DNA from: Deltaproteobacteria bacterium | Lineage (GTDB): Bacteria; Desulfobacterota_D; UBA1144; Nemesobacterales; CSP1-2 | DNA: 64,000 bases | Reading direction: 5' to 3' | Assembly: GCA_052390235.1 (NCBI GenBank) | Contig: JBQTHB010000002.1 | Span: 64,001 to 128,000, forward strand | Part shown: positions 52,261 to 63,538 of the stretch, piece by piece | Layout: the number at the start of each line of letters is the position of its first letter | Numbering within the stretch: position 1 is the first letter of the stretch | Notes under the pieces: generated by a model | Told to the model about the DNA's origin: nothing | The model's input: the letters and a program-made list of their open reading frames with translations, nothing else | The model's database searches: none | Position numbers and translations under genes: made by a program

Positions 52261-55200
52261 ATGATTCCTATAAAGCTCTCTCTGAGCAATTTCCTCAGCT
52301 ACGGCGAAGCGGTGCCCTCGCTCGATTTCACGGGATTTAGCCTCGCGTGTCTCTCCGGCGCAAACGGCCACGGCAAATCCGCCCTGATTGACGCCATAAC
52401 CTGGGCGCTTTGGGGCAGGTGCAGGGTCAAGGCGAAGGACGAGGTCATAAGGCGCGGGCAGTCGGAGGCGCGGGTTGAATTTGAATTCGAGGCGGAGGGG
52501 GTTCGCTACAGGGCACTGAGGTCAATAAAAAAGAGGGCGGGTGGCTCGGCTCAGTCGGTTGAGTTTCAGGTTTTCGACCCGGGCCCAGGGGTTTTCAGAG
52601 TGGTTGAAAGCGGGGCGAAGGTTCAGGGCGCGATTGAGAAGACGCTCAAAATGGGCTACGAGTCGTTTGTCTGCTCCTCGTTTATTCTGCAGGGAAGGGC
52701 CGATGAGTTTACGAAAAAACCTCCTTCGGAGAGGAAAGAGATTCTCGCCTCAATCCTAGGGCTTGAAACGTATGAAACCCTCTCCAGGGCGGCGAGGGAG
52801 CAGGCGAATCTCCATAAGATTAAAGAAGAGGGCTTTGCCTCGGAGCTCCTGCGCATTGAGCCGGAACTCTCGATGAGAGATAAATTGCTCTCCCTTATCG
52901 AAGAGGCTCGGGCAAGGGAGTCCGAAGCAGAGGGAAAGCTCAGCCTCGCCGAGCGGGAATACGAAGCGGTTATAGCGCAGATACAGGCTCTAAGAGCCGA
53001 TGAAGCCCGAAGAGCGAGCCTCGCCGAGGGCAGAGGTGTTGCCGAAGCGGCGGCGGCATCTCTCAGAGGGGAGGCGAAGAGGCTGGGGAGTGCAATTAAT
53101 GAAGCAGGGAAGCTCGCCGCAAGAAAGGGGGAAATCGAAGACGGATTTGCCCTGCTCCGCCAAGCCGCCGCCGAAGAGTCCATTCTGTCGGATAAATTGA
53201 TAAATCACACCGCCCTTAGAGCCGAACTCGATGCCCTGCTTAGGGGCATTGCGGATGCGCGCTCCCGCCTTGAAAGCCAGCTCGAAGGGCATCGGGGGGC
53301 GGCGTCGGAAATGCAAAAAAGGCTCTGCGAAGTAGAAGAGTACCTGCGGCAGGAGGGCGATATAGCGCGCGGCTTCGAGGCGCTGAGGCGCGTCGAGGGG
53401 CTATTGCGGGAGTGTCAGGGGAGAAAAGCCGAATGCGAGGGATTGGCGATGCAGAAATTCAAAATCGCCGCCGAAATTCAAAAGGCTCGCCTTCTCGTTG
53501 AATCCGAAATCCGCGAGTCTCACAAAACAACTGCCGCCCTATCGCAAAAGGCAAGCCGGCGGGAGGACTTCCGTTCCGAATGCGAGCGATTAAGAGCAGG
53601 TATTGCCTCGAAGCTCAAAACGCAGTCCGAAGCCGAGGCTATGCGCGAGGGATTAGCCCAAAATCAGAAATCCGCCGAGCTTGCCCGCTCTCGCCTAGAC
53701 GGGCTACTGAGCAGAGAGCAGGAGGAATCCGACAAGCTCCGCGTCGTAGAGTCTCACGCCGACAGGACACATTGCCCGCTCTGCGACTCTGAACTGGGGC
53801 GAGAGGCAAAGCTCCTGCTTGAAGACAAACTCCGCCTTGTTGTGGGGGAAATCAGGGGAAATATCGAGTATCAGAGGCGGGAAATATCTCGCCTGCAGGC
53901 TGAGGGGAGCGCGCTTGCGGGGCGAATAGAGTCCGCCGAGCGCGAGGCTGAATCCAGCGCTCTGCTGAATGAGAAGCTCTGGAAAGCCGAGTCGCTCCTG
54001 CAGGAGGCAGTGTCCGCGCTCGGAGAGCTGGAAATCGAATCCGAGAAGGAGGCAACCCTCTGCCAGACGCTCGAAAGCGGGGATTTCGCCCGCGCCGCTA
54101 TCGAGGAGATGCGCAGGGTTGAAGCCGGCATTGAATACCTCGCCTATGACGAAGCGCGGCATCTGAAAATCGCCGCGGAAGCCGAATCGCTGAGGCATTT
54201 TGAGGCGCTCTCTATCAATTTGCAGAGGGAGAAATCTGCCAAGAGCCAAATCGAGGCCGACGTTCAACGCTCGGAGGAGAAAATCAAATCCCTGCAAAGC
54301 GCAATTGACGCGGGTCATTTCGCCCCGGATTCCCGCGATAGGGCGTCCCAAGTTGAGGATGAAATCCAGAGAGAGGGCTACGACGAGGCGGCTCATAAAA
54401 ATCTGAGAGTGAAACTCTCCGAGCTGCGAAAATACCAATCCGAGAAAAATGCCCTAGAAGGCGCCGAGCGGGATTTATCTCGCCTTGAGGGAGAACTCAG
54501 CAGGACTCTGGCAAGGCTCGATTCGGAGGCGGAATCGCTTGCGAGGATTGACGCCGAGATGGAAAAACTCGCAGAATCCCTGAGCAGACGTGGAGCGGCA
54601 GAGCAGAGGCAGGCGTCGGTTCAGGGTGAGATGTCGCGCCTTAAGTCTCTCAGAGAGGGCGCTTTGACCGAGAAGATTCAACTCGCCTCGGAGCTTGAGA
54701 AAATTAGCCGCCTCGCTCTAAGACGCGATGAACTTACCGCCGCCTCCCGCGCTTCATCTCGCGCCGCTTGGGTTTATCGAGAACTCGATAGAGCCTTTGG
54801 GAGGAAGGGGATTCAGGCGCTCATTATCGAGGGCGCAGTCCCTGAGATTGACAACGAGGCGAATCGGATTTTGAGGAAACTCACAGATGGCGCCATGGCC
54901 CTATCCATTGAGCTTCAGAGGGCGGGACAGCGAGGGGGCGAAATTGAGACGCTCGATATTAAGATTTCGGACTCGGCCGGCACGAGGAGCTATGAGAGCT
55001 ATTCCGGGGGCGAGGCTTTCCGAATTGATTTCGCGCTTCGGGTCGCAATATCGAAATTCATCGCAAATCGCTCCGGCGCAAGCCTCAGAACCCTCGTTGT
55101 TGACGAGGGGTTCGGCACTCAGGACAGGGACGGACTCGGGCAGTTCGTTCAGGTGATAGGGGCGATTAGAGACGACTTCGATAAGATTCTCGTTATTACG

Positions 55201-55293
55201 CACGTTGAGGAGCTTAAGGACAGGTTTCCTGTGAGGATTGAAGTGCATAAGGAATCTGGAAAGGGGTCGAGTTTTGAGGTTATATATCTATAA
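52261..55293 (+). CDS. sbcC: SbcC/Rad50-like SMC ATPase
   Basis: GANGHGKS, QGRADEF, central CPLC zinc hook, YSGGE signature, VVDEGFGTQD, VITH. Confidence 0.9.
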   Translation: MIPIKLSLSNFLSYGEAVPSLDFTGFSLACLSGANGHGKSALIDAITWALWGRCRVKAKDEVIRRGQSEARVEFEFEAEGVRYRALRSIKKRAGGSAQSVEFQVFDPGPGVFRVVESGAKVQGAIEKTLKMGYESFVCSSFILQGRADEFTKKPPSERKEILASILGLETYETLSRAAREQANLHKIKEEGFASELLRIEPELSMRDKLLSLIEEARARESEAEGKLSLAEREYEAVIAQIQALRADEARRASLAEGRGVAEAAAASLRGEAKRLGSAINEAGKLAARKGEIEDGFALLRQAAAEESILSDKLINHTALRAELDALLRGIADARSRLESQLEGHRGAASEMQKRLCEVEEYLRQEGDIARGFEALRRVEGLLRECQGRKAECEGLAMQKFKIAAEIQKARLLVESEIRESHKTTAALSQKASRREDFRSECERLRAGIASKLKTQSEAEAMREGLAQNQKSAELARSRLDGLLSREQEESDKLRVVESHADRTHCPLCDSELGREAKLLLEDKLRLVVGEIRGNIEYQRREISRLQAEGSALAGRIESAEREAESSALLNEKLWKAESLLQEAVSALGELEIESEKEATLCQTLESGDFARAAIEEMRRVEAGIEYLAYDEARHLKIAAEAESLRHFEALSINLQREKSAKSQIEADVQRSEEKIKSLQSAIDAGHFAPDSRDRASQVEDEIQREGYDEAAHKNLRVKLSELRKYQSEKNALEGAERDLSRLEGELSRTLARLDSEAESLARIDAEMEKLAESLSRRGAAEQRQASVQGEMSRLKSLREGALTEKIQLASELEKISRLALRRDELTAASRASSRAAWVYRELDRAFGRKGIQALIIEGAVPEIDNEANRILRKLTDGAMALSIELQRAGQRGGEIETLDIKISDSAGTRSYESYSGGEAFRIDFALRVAISKFIANRSGASLRTLVVDEGFGTQDRDGLGQFVQVIGAIRDDFDKILVITHVEELKDRFPVRIEVHKESGKGSSFEVIYL

Positions 55294-55327
55294 GATGCGG
55301 GATTCACGATGCGAGGATAAATAGCAG

Positions 55328-55924
55328 ATGCACTGGCTCGACGTTGTCATAGCCGCCCTGATTTCACTATTCGCCCTGTTCGGCGTCAGGAGCGGTCTGA
55401 TTCGAGAGCTATTCTCGGTGGTTGCGGTCGTCGCTGGGATGGCGGCGGGGGTCATTTTCCACGAAATAGCGGCTGAGGCGTTCGTTCGGTACGGGCTGGT
55501 GGGCAACAGACCCATTGCGAGCGTCGCCGGTTTTATTGCCGTGATGTTTGCCGTTTATGCGGTCGTACAGCTTGCGGGCTGGGCGATTGGCGGCATCATC
55601 GGCTCGCTTCACCTCAATTGGCTTAATCGGCTATTCGGCGGGATATTCGGAGCAATTAAGGGCGGAGCCATAGCGTTTTTGCTCATATCGGCGATTGGGT
55701 TTTTTTATGCGGACAATGAGCCTCCCCTGCGCGGCTCGGCGTTGATTCCGTATCTGAACCGCGCTTATTCGGTTCTCAGGGACGCAGTGCCGGATAATTT
55801 TACCCAGAGGGTTCAGAGCGCGAGAAAGCTCATTCAGGACAAAGGCATTGCCGCCGCCGCCCGGGAAGCCGAGAAAATTAAAGAACTCATGAAAGACTCC
55901 AAAGAGAATCCAGAAGAGCAGTAA
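55328..55924 (+). CDS. cvpA: CvpA family membrane protein
   Basis: [30 protein letters not shown]. Confidence 0.85.
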   Translation: MHWLDVVIAALISLFALFGVRSGLIRELFSVVAVVAGMAAGVIFHEIAAEAFVRYGLVGNRPIASVAGFIAVMFAVYAVVQLAGWAIGGIIGSLHLNWLNRLFGGIFGAIKGGAIAFLLISAIGFFYADNEPPLRGSALIPYLNRAYSVLRDAVPDNFTQRVQSARKLIQDKGIAAAAREAEKIKELMKDSKENPEEQ

Positions 55925-55961
55925 TCAAAATTTATTGAACCGCAATCGAGGTTTCAGCGCC

Positions 55962-56963
55962 ATGATAGGATTAACCACGCTGGATGAATTCATAATAGGG
56001 CGGCACCGGGAGTTCCCCTACGCCGCCGGGGAGCTATCTCGCCTTCTGCGGGATATAGGGCTTGCCGCAAAGGTGGTCAACCGCGAGGTCAACAAAGCGG
56101 GCTTGGTGGATATTTTAGGGCTAGCCGGTTCGGTCAACGTTCAGGGCGAGGAGGTCAAAAAATTAGACATTTTTGCCAATAAACGCTTCATTGCCGCGCT
56201 GAGGCTCGGCGGCGAGTGCGTCGGCATTGCCTCAGAGGAAAACGAGGATTTCATCACATTTGGCGATGAAATCTCCCGCCGCGCGAACTACGTTGTCGCC
56301 ATAGACCCGCTCGACGGCTCTTCTAACATTGACGTTAACGTCTCGGTCGGCACGATTTTCTCAATCTACAGGAGAATATCCCAAGGCGGCGCGTGCGCCC
56401 TTGAGGATTTTCTTCAGCCTGGCGTGGAGCAAGCCGCCGCCGGATACGTCGTCTATGGCTCGTCAACGATGCTCGTCTATACGACGGGCTACGGGGTCAA
56501 CGGATTCACGCTCGACCCCTCGATAGGGGAGTTCTGTTTGTCCCATCCCGATATGAAAATCCCGAAATCGGGCAAAACCTACTCGACTAATCAGGGCAAC
56601 TTTGCCAGCTTTCCCGAAGGGGTTAAAAACTACATCCGCTACTGCACCGAAGAGGATAAACCCACGAAACGCCCCTACGGACTGCGGTACATAGGCTCGA
56701 TGATAGCCGATTTCCATAGAAACCTCATCACGGGCGGGATTTTTATCTACCCCCCTACTAAGGACTCCCCACAGGGGAAACTCCGGCTCCTCTACGAGGC
56801 AAACCCCGTCGCTTTTATCGTCGAGCAGGCGGGTGGACGGGCTTCGGACGGCTCAAGGCGCATCCTCGATATTAAGCCCTCGGCGCTTCATGAGAGAGTG
56901 CCGCTTTTTATCGGCTCGCAGGAGATGGTTCTCAAAGCCGAGGAGTTTATTCGGGGGAAATAG
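55962..56963 (+). CDS. fbp: Fructose-1,6-bisphosphatase class 1
   Basis: [35 protein letters not shown]. Confidence 0.96.
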   Translation: MIGLTTLDEFIIGRHREFPYAAGELSRLLRDIGLAAKVVNREVNKAGLVDILGLAGSVNVQGEEVKKLDIFANKRFIAALRLGGECVGIASEENEDFITFGDEISRRANYVVAIDPLDGSSNIDVNVSVGTIFSIYRRISQGGACALEDFLQPGVEQAAAGYVVYGSSTMLVYTTGYGVNGFTLDPSIGEFCLSHPDMKIPKSGKTYSTNQGNFASFPEGVKNYIRYCTEEDKPTKRPYGLRYIGSMIADFHRNLITGGIFIYPPTKDSPQGKLRLLYEANPVAFIVEQAGGRASDGSRRILDIKPSALHERVPLFIGSQEMVLKAEEFIRGK

Positions 56964-57366
56964 TAAATTATCGCGCCGCCTTATAAACCGGCGTCTCCAT
57001 CGCTTATCCCGTAGAAAATCTGCGGCGTTTACGATGGCATAGGGGGAGGGGATTTGCAAATTCCCGGCTAACCCCCCAGCTGCTTAACAGTCCGCGGCGT
57101 ACCCGCACAGAAATTCCCACAATTGACCGCCGCTCTGAATAGGGTCTGCGCAGTCTCCGGGTCGGCGAAAATCCAAGACGCAGAGGCTTTGGTAGCCGAA
57201 TCTGACATCGGCGGGATGTCTGTAAATGGATTGTAAAGGGGATGTCTTCTCCTTGCCTCTTTTGCCCAATCCCCACCCCTGAACCCACAGCCGTTATTTG
57301 CGCATCGCCCCTTTTTGGGGTATAAATTTGCGGCTTAAACAAATACTAGGGGGGATATGCGAATTG

Positions 57367-58413
57367 ATGGATTTCGGACAACTTGCAAGTGAAATAACCG
57401 AGAGGTCTCAAATTCCGGTCTCTACGAGGGATATTGAGAGAGTCCTTGGGGCGCTCAAGAGGACGAAACTCCCGTGGGAGCTTGCCGACCTCGCCGATTT
57501 CCCCGTGCCTGCGGTGTTTGAATCCGTGAAAGCGCTGGAAGAAAAGGGGTTTGTCGCCGTCTCCTCCGCCGGATTTAAACTCACCAGCGAGGGGAAGCGC
57601 CTTGCCGAGGGTGTTCCCGCCCCCGAAGACCTGTCCTGCGAGGATTGCGAGGGCAGGGGGATTTCCATAGCGAAATTCGCCGAAGTCGAGGAGAGATTTC
57701 TCAAAATCCAGAAAAGGCGCCCGCCGGCAATTATTAAATTCGACCAAGGCTATGTAACTCCCAGAACGTCCGTATCGAGGCTCGCCCTCGCCTATGAGAG
57801 AGGAGACGTTGCCGGGAAAGATATTCTCCTGCTCGGAGACGACGACTTAATGAGTGTAGTGTTTGGGCTATCGGGTCTTGCCAGGAGCATCACGGTCTGT
57901 GAAATTGATGAGAGGATTGTAAATTTCATCGGCGAGACAGCCGCCGGAGAGGGATTCCGGGTTGACGTAAAGCAGTTTGACCTACACCGCCCGCTTCCCA
58001 AGGAACACGCCAAGCATTACGACACTTTCCTGTGCGACCCGCCCGAAACCCTCAAAGCCGCCGAGGCCTTCATAGGGCGCGGTATCGGCGCTCTTCGCTC
58101 CGTCGGATGCGCCGGATACTTTGGATTCACGCGCCGCGAAGCCTCCCTCACAAAATGGCGCGACGTTCAAAAGACGCTTCTTAAATACGGCATCGTGTTC
58201 ACCGACATCCTCCACAACTTCAACGAGTACGTCAACTGGGACTACGCCGAGGAAACGAGGGCTTGGCGTCTCGCGCCGATGAAAGTGATGCCGAAGAAAA
58301 GCTGGTACCGCTCGGCGCTGTATAGGTTTGAAACGCTCGAAGGTTTTAGGGGAAACTCCAGAGACTACGGCGACGAGAATATCTACGACGACGAGGAGAG
58401 TTCGACCACCTGA
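57367..58413 (+). CDS. bpsA: Branched-chain polyamine synthase BpsA (N4-bis(aminopropyl)spermidine synthase family)
   Basis: CEDCEGRG, FDQGYVTP, GDDDLMS, EIDER, DPPET, GYFGFT, FNEY, WYRS; start ATG 57367 tentative. Confidence 0.82.
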   Translation: MDFGQLASEITERSQIPVSTRDIERVLGALKRTKLPWELADLADFPVPAVFESVKALEEKGFVAVSSAGFKLTSEGKRLAEGVPAPEDLSCEDCEGRGISIAKFAEVEERFLKIQKRRPPAIIKFDQGYVTPRTSVSRLALAYERGDVAGKDILLLGDDDLMSVVFGLSGLARSITVCEIDERIVNFIGETAAGEGFRVDVKQFDLHRPLPKEHAKHYDTFLCDPPETLKAAEAFIGRGIGALRSVGCAGYFGFTRREASLTKWRDVQKTLLKYGIVFTDILHNFNEYVNWDYAEETRAWRLAPMKVMPKKSWYRSALYRFETLEGFRGNSRDYGDENIYDDEESSTT

Positions 58414-58521
58414 GCCTAGGTTACAGAGATATATCCCGATGCGGCGGCACGTCTTGAGGTATAAAAGCTCCCAATCATCAGGCGGAGTGGGGTGACGACG
58501 CGCAATAATATATGAAAGAAA

Positions 58522-61500
58522 ATGCCGAAACGAAACGATATAAAAAAAATCCTAATCATCGGCTCAGGCCCAATAGTCATTGGTCAGGCGTGCGAGTTTG
58601 ACTACTCCGGCACGCAAGCCTGCAAGGCCCTCAAGGAAGAGGGATATGAAATCGTCCTTGTCAACAGCAACCCGGCGACGATAATGACCGACCCAGCCCT
58701 CTCGGATAGAACCTATATCGAACCTCTCACACCGCAAATCCTCGCCAAAATCATCGAAAAAGAACGCCCCGACGCCCTGCTTCCCACCATTGGCGGACAG
58801 ACCGCGCTGAACCTCGCCGTGGAGCTTGCCGAGGGCGGTGTGTTGGATAAATACGGCGTCGAGCTTATAGGGGCGAAACTTCCGGCGATAAAAAAAGCCG
58901 AAAACAGGGAACTGTTCAAACAGGCGATGATTGACATTGGGCTTGAAGTGCCTCAAAGCGGCATCGCCCACACAATGGACGAGGCGTGGAGCGTCGTAGA
59001 GCGCGTCGGATTTCCGGTCATCATACGCCCCTCCTTCACGCTAGGCGGCACGGGGGGGAGCGTCGCCTACAATAGAGAGGAATATGAAGAGTTCGCAAAA
59101 TCCGGGCTTGAGGCGTCTCCGACAAGAGAGATTCTGGTTGAAGAGTCCGTGCTTGGATGGAAGGAGTTCGAGCTTGAGGTGATGAGGGACTGCGCGGACA
59201 ACGTCGTCATCATCTGCTCAATAGAGAACTTCGACCCGATGGGGGTTCACACAGGCGACAGCATCACCGTAGCCCCGGCTCAAACCCTCACCGACAGAGA
59301 GTATCAGAGGATGAGGGATGCCTCCATCCGCATCATCCGCGAAATCGGCGTTGACACCGGAGGCTCGAATATTCAGTTCGGCGTCAATCCCAAGGACGGC
59401 AGGATGGTCGTTATCGAGATGAACCCGCGCGTCTCCCGAAGCTCCGCTCTTGCGTCTAAAGCCACCGGTTTTCCCATAGCTAAAATTGCCGCAAAGCTCG
59501 CCGTCGGCTACACGCTCGATGAGATTCCAAACGACATCACGCGCTACACCCCGGCGTCCTTCGAGCCTGTGATTGACTACGTTGTGGTGAAGATTCCGAG
59601 ATTCGACTTCGTGAAATTCCCCCAGACCTCGCCCACTCTCTCGACTCAGATGAAATCAGTCGGCGAGGTAATGGCTATCGGCAGGACGTTTAAGGAATCC
59701 CTGCAAAAGGCGATGCGCTCACTTGAGATAGACTCGTTTGGGTTTGAGTCCAAGTCGGCAGACGGGGGAAAAATCCGAGAGAAATTAAGAGCGCCCAATC
59801 CTGAGCGGCTCTGGTATATCCTCGATGCGATGAGAGCCGGATTCTCAGATGAGGATATTTACCGCCTCACGTGGATTGACCCGTGGTTCTTGGAAAATCT
59901 GCGGCAGATACTCCAGATGGAAGAGGAGATTAAAACCCACTCGCTTCAGAGCGTTCTCGACGGGCTTCCCGCCCCGATACTCAGGCGCGCAAAGGAGTTC
60001 GGGTTCTCGGACGTGCGCCTTGCGGAACTGCTCGGAATCCCCGTGAGCGAGGTAGAACTCATGAGGGCGGAGGCGTTGATAAAGCCGGTCTATAAGATGG
60101 TTGACACGTGCGCCGCAGAATTTGAAGCGCTTACGCCGTATCTGTACTCGACTTACGAGAGGGAGGACGAAGCCCGCCCCACGGGGAGGCGTAAAATCGT
60201 GATTCTCGGCGGAGGGCCTAACAGGATTGGGCAGGGAATTGAGTTTGACTACTGCTGCGTCCACGCGTCTTTTGCCCTGAAAGAAGAGGGCTTTGAGACG
60301 ATAATGATCAACTGCAACCCGGAGACCGTCAGCACGGATTACGACACATCTGACAGGCTCTACTTTGAACCCCTAACCCTCGAAGACACGATGGCGGTAA
60401 TTGATAGGGAAAAACCCGATGGAGTGATAGTTCAGCTCGGAGGGCAGACCCCCCTTAAGCTCGCCCTCGCGCTTGAGGCAAGGGGGGTAAAAATCATCGG
60501 CACATCCCCTGAGAGCATTGACCTTGCCGAAGACCGCGAGAGATTTCGCGAATTAATCATAACTCTCGGACTCCGTCAGACCGAAAGCGCCGTAGCGAGG
60601 AGCGAGCCCGAAGCCCTCCGTGTGGCAAAGCAGGTCGGATACCCAATTGTCGTGAGACCATCCTACGTTCTCGGAGGAAGGGCGATGGAGGTCGTGTATT
60701 CCGAGGACTCACTCAGGCGCTACATTAAAGAAGCCGTCCGCGTCTCGCCGAATCATCCGATACTAATAGACGAATTCCTAAGCGATGCCAAAGAGGTTGA
60801 CGTTGACGCCATTTGCGACGGCGAGGCAGTCGTAATAGGCGGGGTGCTGGAGCATATCGAAGAGGCCGGGGTGCATTCGGGGGACAGCGCAATGGTGCTT
60901 CCGCCGTTCTCGCTGGACGAGGGGCTTATAGCGCAAATCAAGAGCCAAACCCGCCAGCTTGCCCTTGCCCTGAAGGTGATAGGGCTTGTGAATATTCAAT
61001 TCGCCGTGAAAGATGGAGAAATTTATATCCTCGAAGTGAATCCGCGCGCAAGCCGCACCGTGCCTTTCGTGAGCAAGGCTATCGGGGCGCCGCTCGCCAA
61101 AATCGGGGCGAAAGTGATGGCCGGGAAAACCCTCGCCGAGCTTAGATTTACCGAAGAGGTCATCCCCAAGTACATCTGCGTGAAGGAGTCGGTGTTTCCA
61201 TTTATTAAATTCCCCGGAGTGGATACGATACTAGGCCCTGAGATGAAGTCCACGGGCGAGGTCATGGGGATTGACTCTGCCCTCGGACGGGCGTTTGCCA
61301 AATCCCAAATCGCGGCGGGAACAAACCTCCCGCTTGCAGGCACGGCTTTTATAAGCGTCAAGGACGACGATAAGCCCAAAGCGGCGGCGGTTGCGGCAAA
61401 ACTCGCGGAGCTTGGGTTTCAAATCATGGCGACATCCGGCACGGGGGCGTATTTTGAGGCTCTGGGAATCCCCTGCAGAAAGGTCAATAAAGTTGCCGAG

Positions 61501-61746
61501 GGGAGACCGAACGTGGTTGACCACATCAAAAACGGCGAAATCCGCCTTGTCGTCAACACCACTTTTGGACAAAACGAAGTCGCCCAGTCCTACTCCATCA
61601 GGAGGACGGCGCTTGTGAGAGGAGTCCCGTACTTTACGACGATTTCCGGGGCGAACGCCGCCGCCTGGGGGATTGAGGCACTCAAAAACGAGGGACTCGA
61701 CGTAAGACCCCTTCAAGATTACTATAAAACCGGTATAATTGGTTAA
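58522..61746 (+). CDS. carB: Carbamoyl-phosphate synthase large subunit
   Basis: [24 protein letters not shown], two ATP-grasp halves ([18 protein letters not shown]), C-terminal MGS domain. Confidence 0.98.
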   Translation: MPKRNDIKKILIIGSGPIVIGQACEFDYSGTQACKALKEEGYEIVLVNSNPATIMTDPALSDRTYIEPLTPQILAKIIEKERPDALLPTIGGQTALNLAVELAEGGVLDKYGVELIGAKLPAIKKAENRELFKQAMIDIGLEVPQSGIAHTMDEAWSVVERVGFPVIIRPSFTLGGTGGSVAYNREEYEEFAKSGLEASPTREILVEESVLGWKEFELEVMRDCADNVVIICSIENFDPMGVHTGDSITVAPAQTLTDREYQRMRDASIRIIREIGVDTGGSNIQFGVNPKDGRMVVIEMNPRVSRSSALASKATGFPIAKIAAKLAVGYTLDEIPNDITRYTPASFEPVIDYVVVKIPRFDFVKFPQTSPTLSTQMKSVGEVMAIGRTFKESLQKAMRSLEIDSFGFESKSADGGKIREKLRAPNPERLWYILDAMRAGFSDEDIYRLTWIDPWFLENLRQILQMEEEIKTHSLQSVLDGLPAPILRRAKEFGFSDVRLAELLGIPVSEVELMRAEALIKPVYKMVDTCAAEFEALTPYLYSTYEREDEARPTGRRKIVILGGGPNRIGQGIEFDYCCVHASFALKEEGFETIMINCNPETVSTDYDTSDRLYFEPLTLEDTMAVIDREKPDGVIVQLGGQTPLKLALALEARGVKIIGTSPESIDLAEDRERFRELIITLGLRQTESAVARSEPEALRVAKQVGYPIVVRPSYVLGGRAMEVVYSEDSLRRYIKEAVRVSPNHPILIDEFLSDAKEVDVDAICDGEAVVIGGVLEHIEEAGVHSGDSAMVLPPFSLDEGLIAQIKSQTRQLALALKVIGLVNIQFAVKDGEIYILEVNPRASRTVPFVSKAIGAPLAKIGAKVMAGKTLAELRFTEEVIPKYICVKESVFPFIKFPGVDTILGPEMKSTGEVMGIDSALGRAFAKSQIAAGTNLPLAGTAFISVKDDDKPKAAAVAAKLAELGFQIMATSGTGAYFEALGIPCRKVNKVAEGRPNVVDHIKNGEIRLVVNTTFGQNEVAQSYSIRRTALVRGVPYFTTISGANAAAWGIEALKNEGLDVRPLQDYYKTGIIG

Positions 61747-61846
61747 TCTCGAAAACGGCTCTCCCCCGCGACGCTATTTTCCCCTGCAACTGCCGTTTAC
61801 GCGATGAGATTTATATCTAACAATCAAGGGGAGTAAATCAGCAAAA

Positions 61847-62323
61847 ATGTCAATCGAAAGAGTGCCGATAACGCCAAATGGATTCAAGAAACTCCAAGAA
61901 GAACTCCACCGCCTCAAGACCGTAGAGCGTCCGTCGGTTATAAAAATGATAGAATTTGCGAGGTCTCTAGGAGACCTCTCCGAGAACGCCGAATACGAAA
62001 CGGCGAAACACCGCCAGAGCTTCATAGAAGGGAAAATTCAGGACCTGGAGAGCAAAATCGGGAGAGCCGAAATCATTGACCCCCGATATCTGCCCAATAA
62101 AGACCGCGTTATGTTCGGCGTGCGCGTTACGATAGAGGATTTGGAGACAGGGGCGACTCTGGCTTATCAGCTCGTCGGGGCGGACGAATCCGAGCCTGAG
62201 AACGGGCTGATTTCTGTAACCTCGCCGATAGGACGCGCCCTTGTGGGCAAGCACGTGGACGACGAGGTGAAGGTGCAGACCCCGGGCGGGCTGAGAGAGT
62301 TTATAATTCTTAATATCGAATGA
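61847..62323 (+). CDS. greA: Transcription elongation factor GreA
   Basis: GDLSENAEY, VGADE, SPIGRAL; follows carB. Confidence 0.95.
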   Translation: MSIERVPITPNGFKKLQEELHRLKTVERPSVIKMIEFARSLGDLSENAEYETAKHRQSFIEGKIQDLESKIGRAEIIDPRYLPNKDRVMFGVRVTIEDLETGATLAYQLVGADESEPENGLISVTSPIGRALVGKHVDDEVKVQTPGGLREFIILNIE

Positions 62324-62380
62324 GATGCGGCGATAGGCAGTGGGCGTCTCTATATGTAGTTGCCAAAAATCCCGCGTGAA

Positions 62381-63157
62381 TTAAACCATTAGCCGCTTTT
62401 TTATTCTCGCCACGGCAAGCATGAAAGCCGCCGCCCCGATGACGCCAAGCACAATGACGTGCTGAAGCATCCCCCAATTTAAATCCCCCATGACTAGCCC
62501 CCGCGAAAGCTCCACCGAGTGGTAAAGGGGGGTCAAAAAGGCAAGCGTTTGCACCCACTCCGGCAGATTCGAGAGCGGAAAAAACACCCCAGAAAGGAAG
62601 TACATAGGGGCCATGAAAAGCGTAAAATAGTAGCTGAAAAAATCCCATGACCTCGCAAAAGACGTGAACAGCATAGCCATCGAGGCAAATACGAATCCAG
62701 TTAGCCCCACCGCTATAGGCGCTAATGCCGCCGCCACCGAGGGAATCAGCCCGAAGAGCGCGAGGAACAACATCATGACTAGGCTCGCAAAAACGGCTTT
62801 CGTGGATGCGAACATCACCTCGCCCGCCACTACCTCGTCAATATTCATCGGGGTAGAAATTATGGCGTCGTAGGTTTTTTGCGTCGTCATCCGCGCGTAA
62901 GCCCCAAATGTGCATTCAAACGAAGCCGAGTTCATGGCGGTATAAGCTAATAAACCGGGGGCGATAAACTGCATATAGCTCACTCCCTCGACGCTAGAGA
63001 CCATGGGGCCAAACCCATAACCAAGCCCAAGGAGATAGAGAAGCGGCTCTCCGACGTTGGCAACGATGCTCGATTTGTAGAATTTTGTCCATACGAGCAG
63101 ATTCCTCCGCCACATCCAGCGGCATCTCCTGCTGATATTGGGAATTGCATCAATCAT
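62381..63157 (-). CDS. ABC-2 type permease (NodJ-like)
   Basis: EPLLYLLGLG, FIAPGLLA, FLSGVFFP, PLYHSVEL. Confidence 0.85.
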   Translation of the reverse strand: MIDAIPNISRRCRWMWRRNLLVWTKFYKSSIVANVGEPLLYLLGLGYGFGPMVSSVEGVSYMQFIAPGLLAYTAMNSASFECTFGAYARMTTQKTYDAIISTPMNIDEVVAGEVMFASTKAVFASLVMMLFLALFGLIPSVAAALAPIAVGLTGFVFASMAMLFTSFARSWDFFSYYFTLFMAPMYFLSGVFFPLSNLPEWVQTLAFLTPLYHSVELSRGLVMGDLNWGMLQHVIVLGVIGAAAFMLAVARIKKRLMV

Positions 63158-63264
63158 TGGCGTATCTCCATTGCTATTTGCGTTCCAATTATCTCAGAAC
63201 TTGGGTTGATTACTCTAGCGGGCGCGCAGTTAAAACTAAAGTTAGCCGAAAGCCCATCAATCAG

Positions 63265-63531
63265 TGTCATTTCGAGCGATGGCGGGAAATCCTAAATTAG
63301 ATTCCTCATACCGATACTTATTATTGTCATTCCCACGAAAGTGGGAATCCACTGTTCGACTCCGCTCCCTTCGACGCAGTTTATAGCGAGCTTAGTCGAA
63401 CTACTCGGGGTGAAGATGAAATGGATTCCCGCTCTGAAGACTACGGGAATGACAGATAGGCTCTGCCATTATCATACTTCTGCCATTCCGCTCTACTCAC
63501 TGGTGTCATTTCGAGCGTAGCGAGAAATCTC
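63265..63531. repeat. Third cluster of TGTCATT palindromic elements
   Basis: 63325-63454 is an inverted copy of 301-431; partial units start at 63265 and 63504. Confidence 0.85.
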
Positions 63532-63538
63532 TCCTTCT

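Noticed and set aside
53704..54438. Long antisense ORFs in the track (e.g. 244 aa opposite sbcC, 195 aa opposite the phosphatase)
   Set aside because: Shadow ORFs opposite well-supported genes in GC-rich DNA
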